A stretch of DNA of 64,000 nt from Candidatus Bathyarchaeota archaeon (GTDB lineage Archaea > Thermoproteota > Bathyarchaeia > Bathyarchaeales > Bathycorpusculaceae), in assembly GCA_963775465.1 (NCBI GenBank), contig CAVZIW010000001.1, positions 224,001-288,000 of the forward strand, given 5' to 3'. Position 1 is the stretch's first letter. Each line of letters starts with the position of its first letter. Under the pieces are notes generated by a model. The model made no database searches and was not told the origin of the DNA. It saw only the letters and a program-made list of their open reading frames with translations. The position numbers were made by a program, and so were the translations under genes. Shown here piece after piece: positions 63,840 to 64,000 of this stretch.

Positions 63840-64000
63840 TCAAGAAAGTGTTCTTGTAAATGCCGCGTAATCCGGTAAAAGTCGCGATGCTCTACACATA
63901 TCCCGAGAAACGTATTCCATTGAAGGTTTTTTGCGTCTAGCCAACAATATCATGTCAGCCAAAAACAGTAATACTAATACTATTATTACTGCAGCTAAGA
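63840..64000 (-). CDS. C-terminal end of a membrane-anchored protein (enters from beyond the window)
   Basis: LAAVIIVLVLLFLADMILLARRKK...RTLS*: TM helix followed by a basic tail. Confidence 0.4.
   Translation of the reverse strand, partial: LAAVIIVLVLLFLADMILLARRKKPSMEYVSRDMCRASRLLPDYAAFTRTLS

Noticed and set aside
1-64000. CRISPR array, rRNA genes, intact transposase or reverse transcriptase/DGR
   Set aside because: No regularly spaced repeats, rRNA-like sequence, DDE or RT motifs were seen; propeller paralogs differ at all base types, with no TR/VR pair.

Overview
Archaeal chromosomal window, most consistent with Bathyarchaeia. This is an inference from the expanded PQQ-like beta-propeller surface proteins with divergent TrmB regulators, archaeal GGTGA/GGAGG Shine-Dalgarno sites, TATA boxes and four-subunit porCDAB. 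Left part (1-23.5 kb) is mostly housekeeping: grpE-dnaK and dnaJ preceded by a candidate ribbon-helix-helix regulator, acs plus an acetate permease, a P-type ATPase, asnS, MFS and CDF transporters, and porCDAB. The rest is accessory-rich: four paralogous ~850-900 aa membrane-anchored beta-propeller genes (two with divergent TrmB genes), an integrase relic, an AT-rich block of orphans, a B12 radical SAM gene, tRNA-Asn followed by decayed DNA-methylase and HicAB genes, several Zn-finger microproteins, and a binding-protein/histidine-kinase pair. Top candidates for novelty: (1) a three-gene membrane system around a tubulin/FtsZ-superfamily GTPase with a ~450 aa helical insertion inside its C-terminal domain (35.2-41.8 kb); (2) a ~110 nt non-coding element repeated downstream of two propeller genes that folds into a three-way junction closed by a bulge-helix-bulge-like stem; (3) a candidate new chaperone-operon regulator with an operator-like repeat array, in front of a DnaK with an altered phosphate-2 motif. 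Several single-base frameshifts, including one in asnS, suggest indel errors in the assembly, so pseudogene calls need read-level checks. All family assignments are by eye, without database searches.
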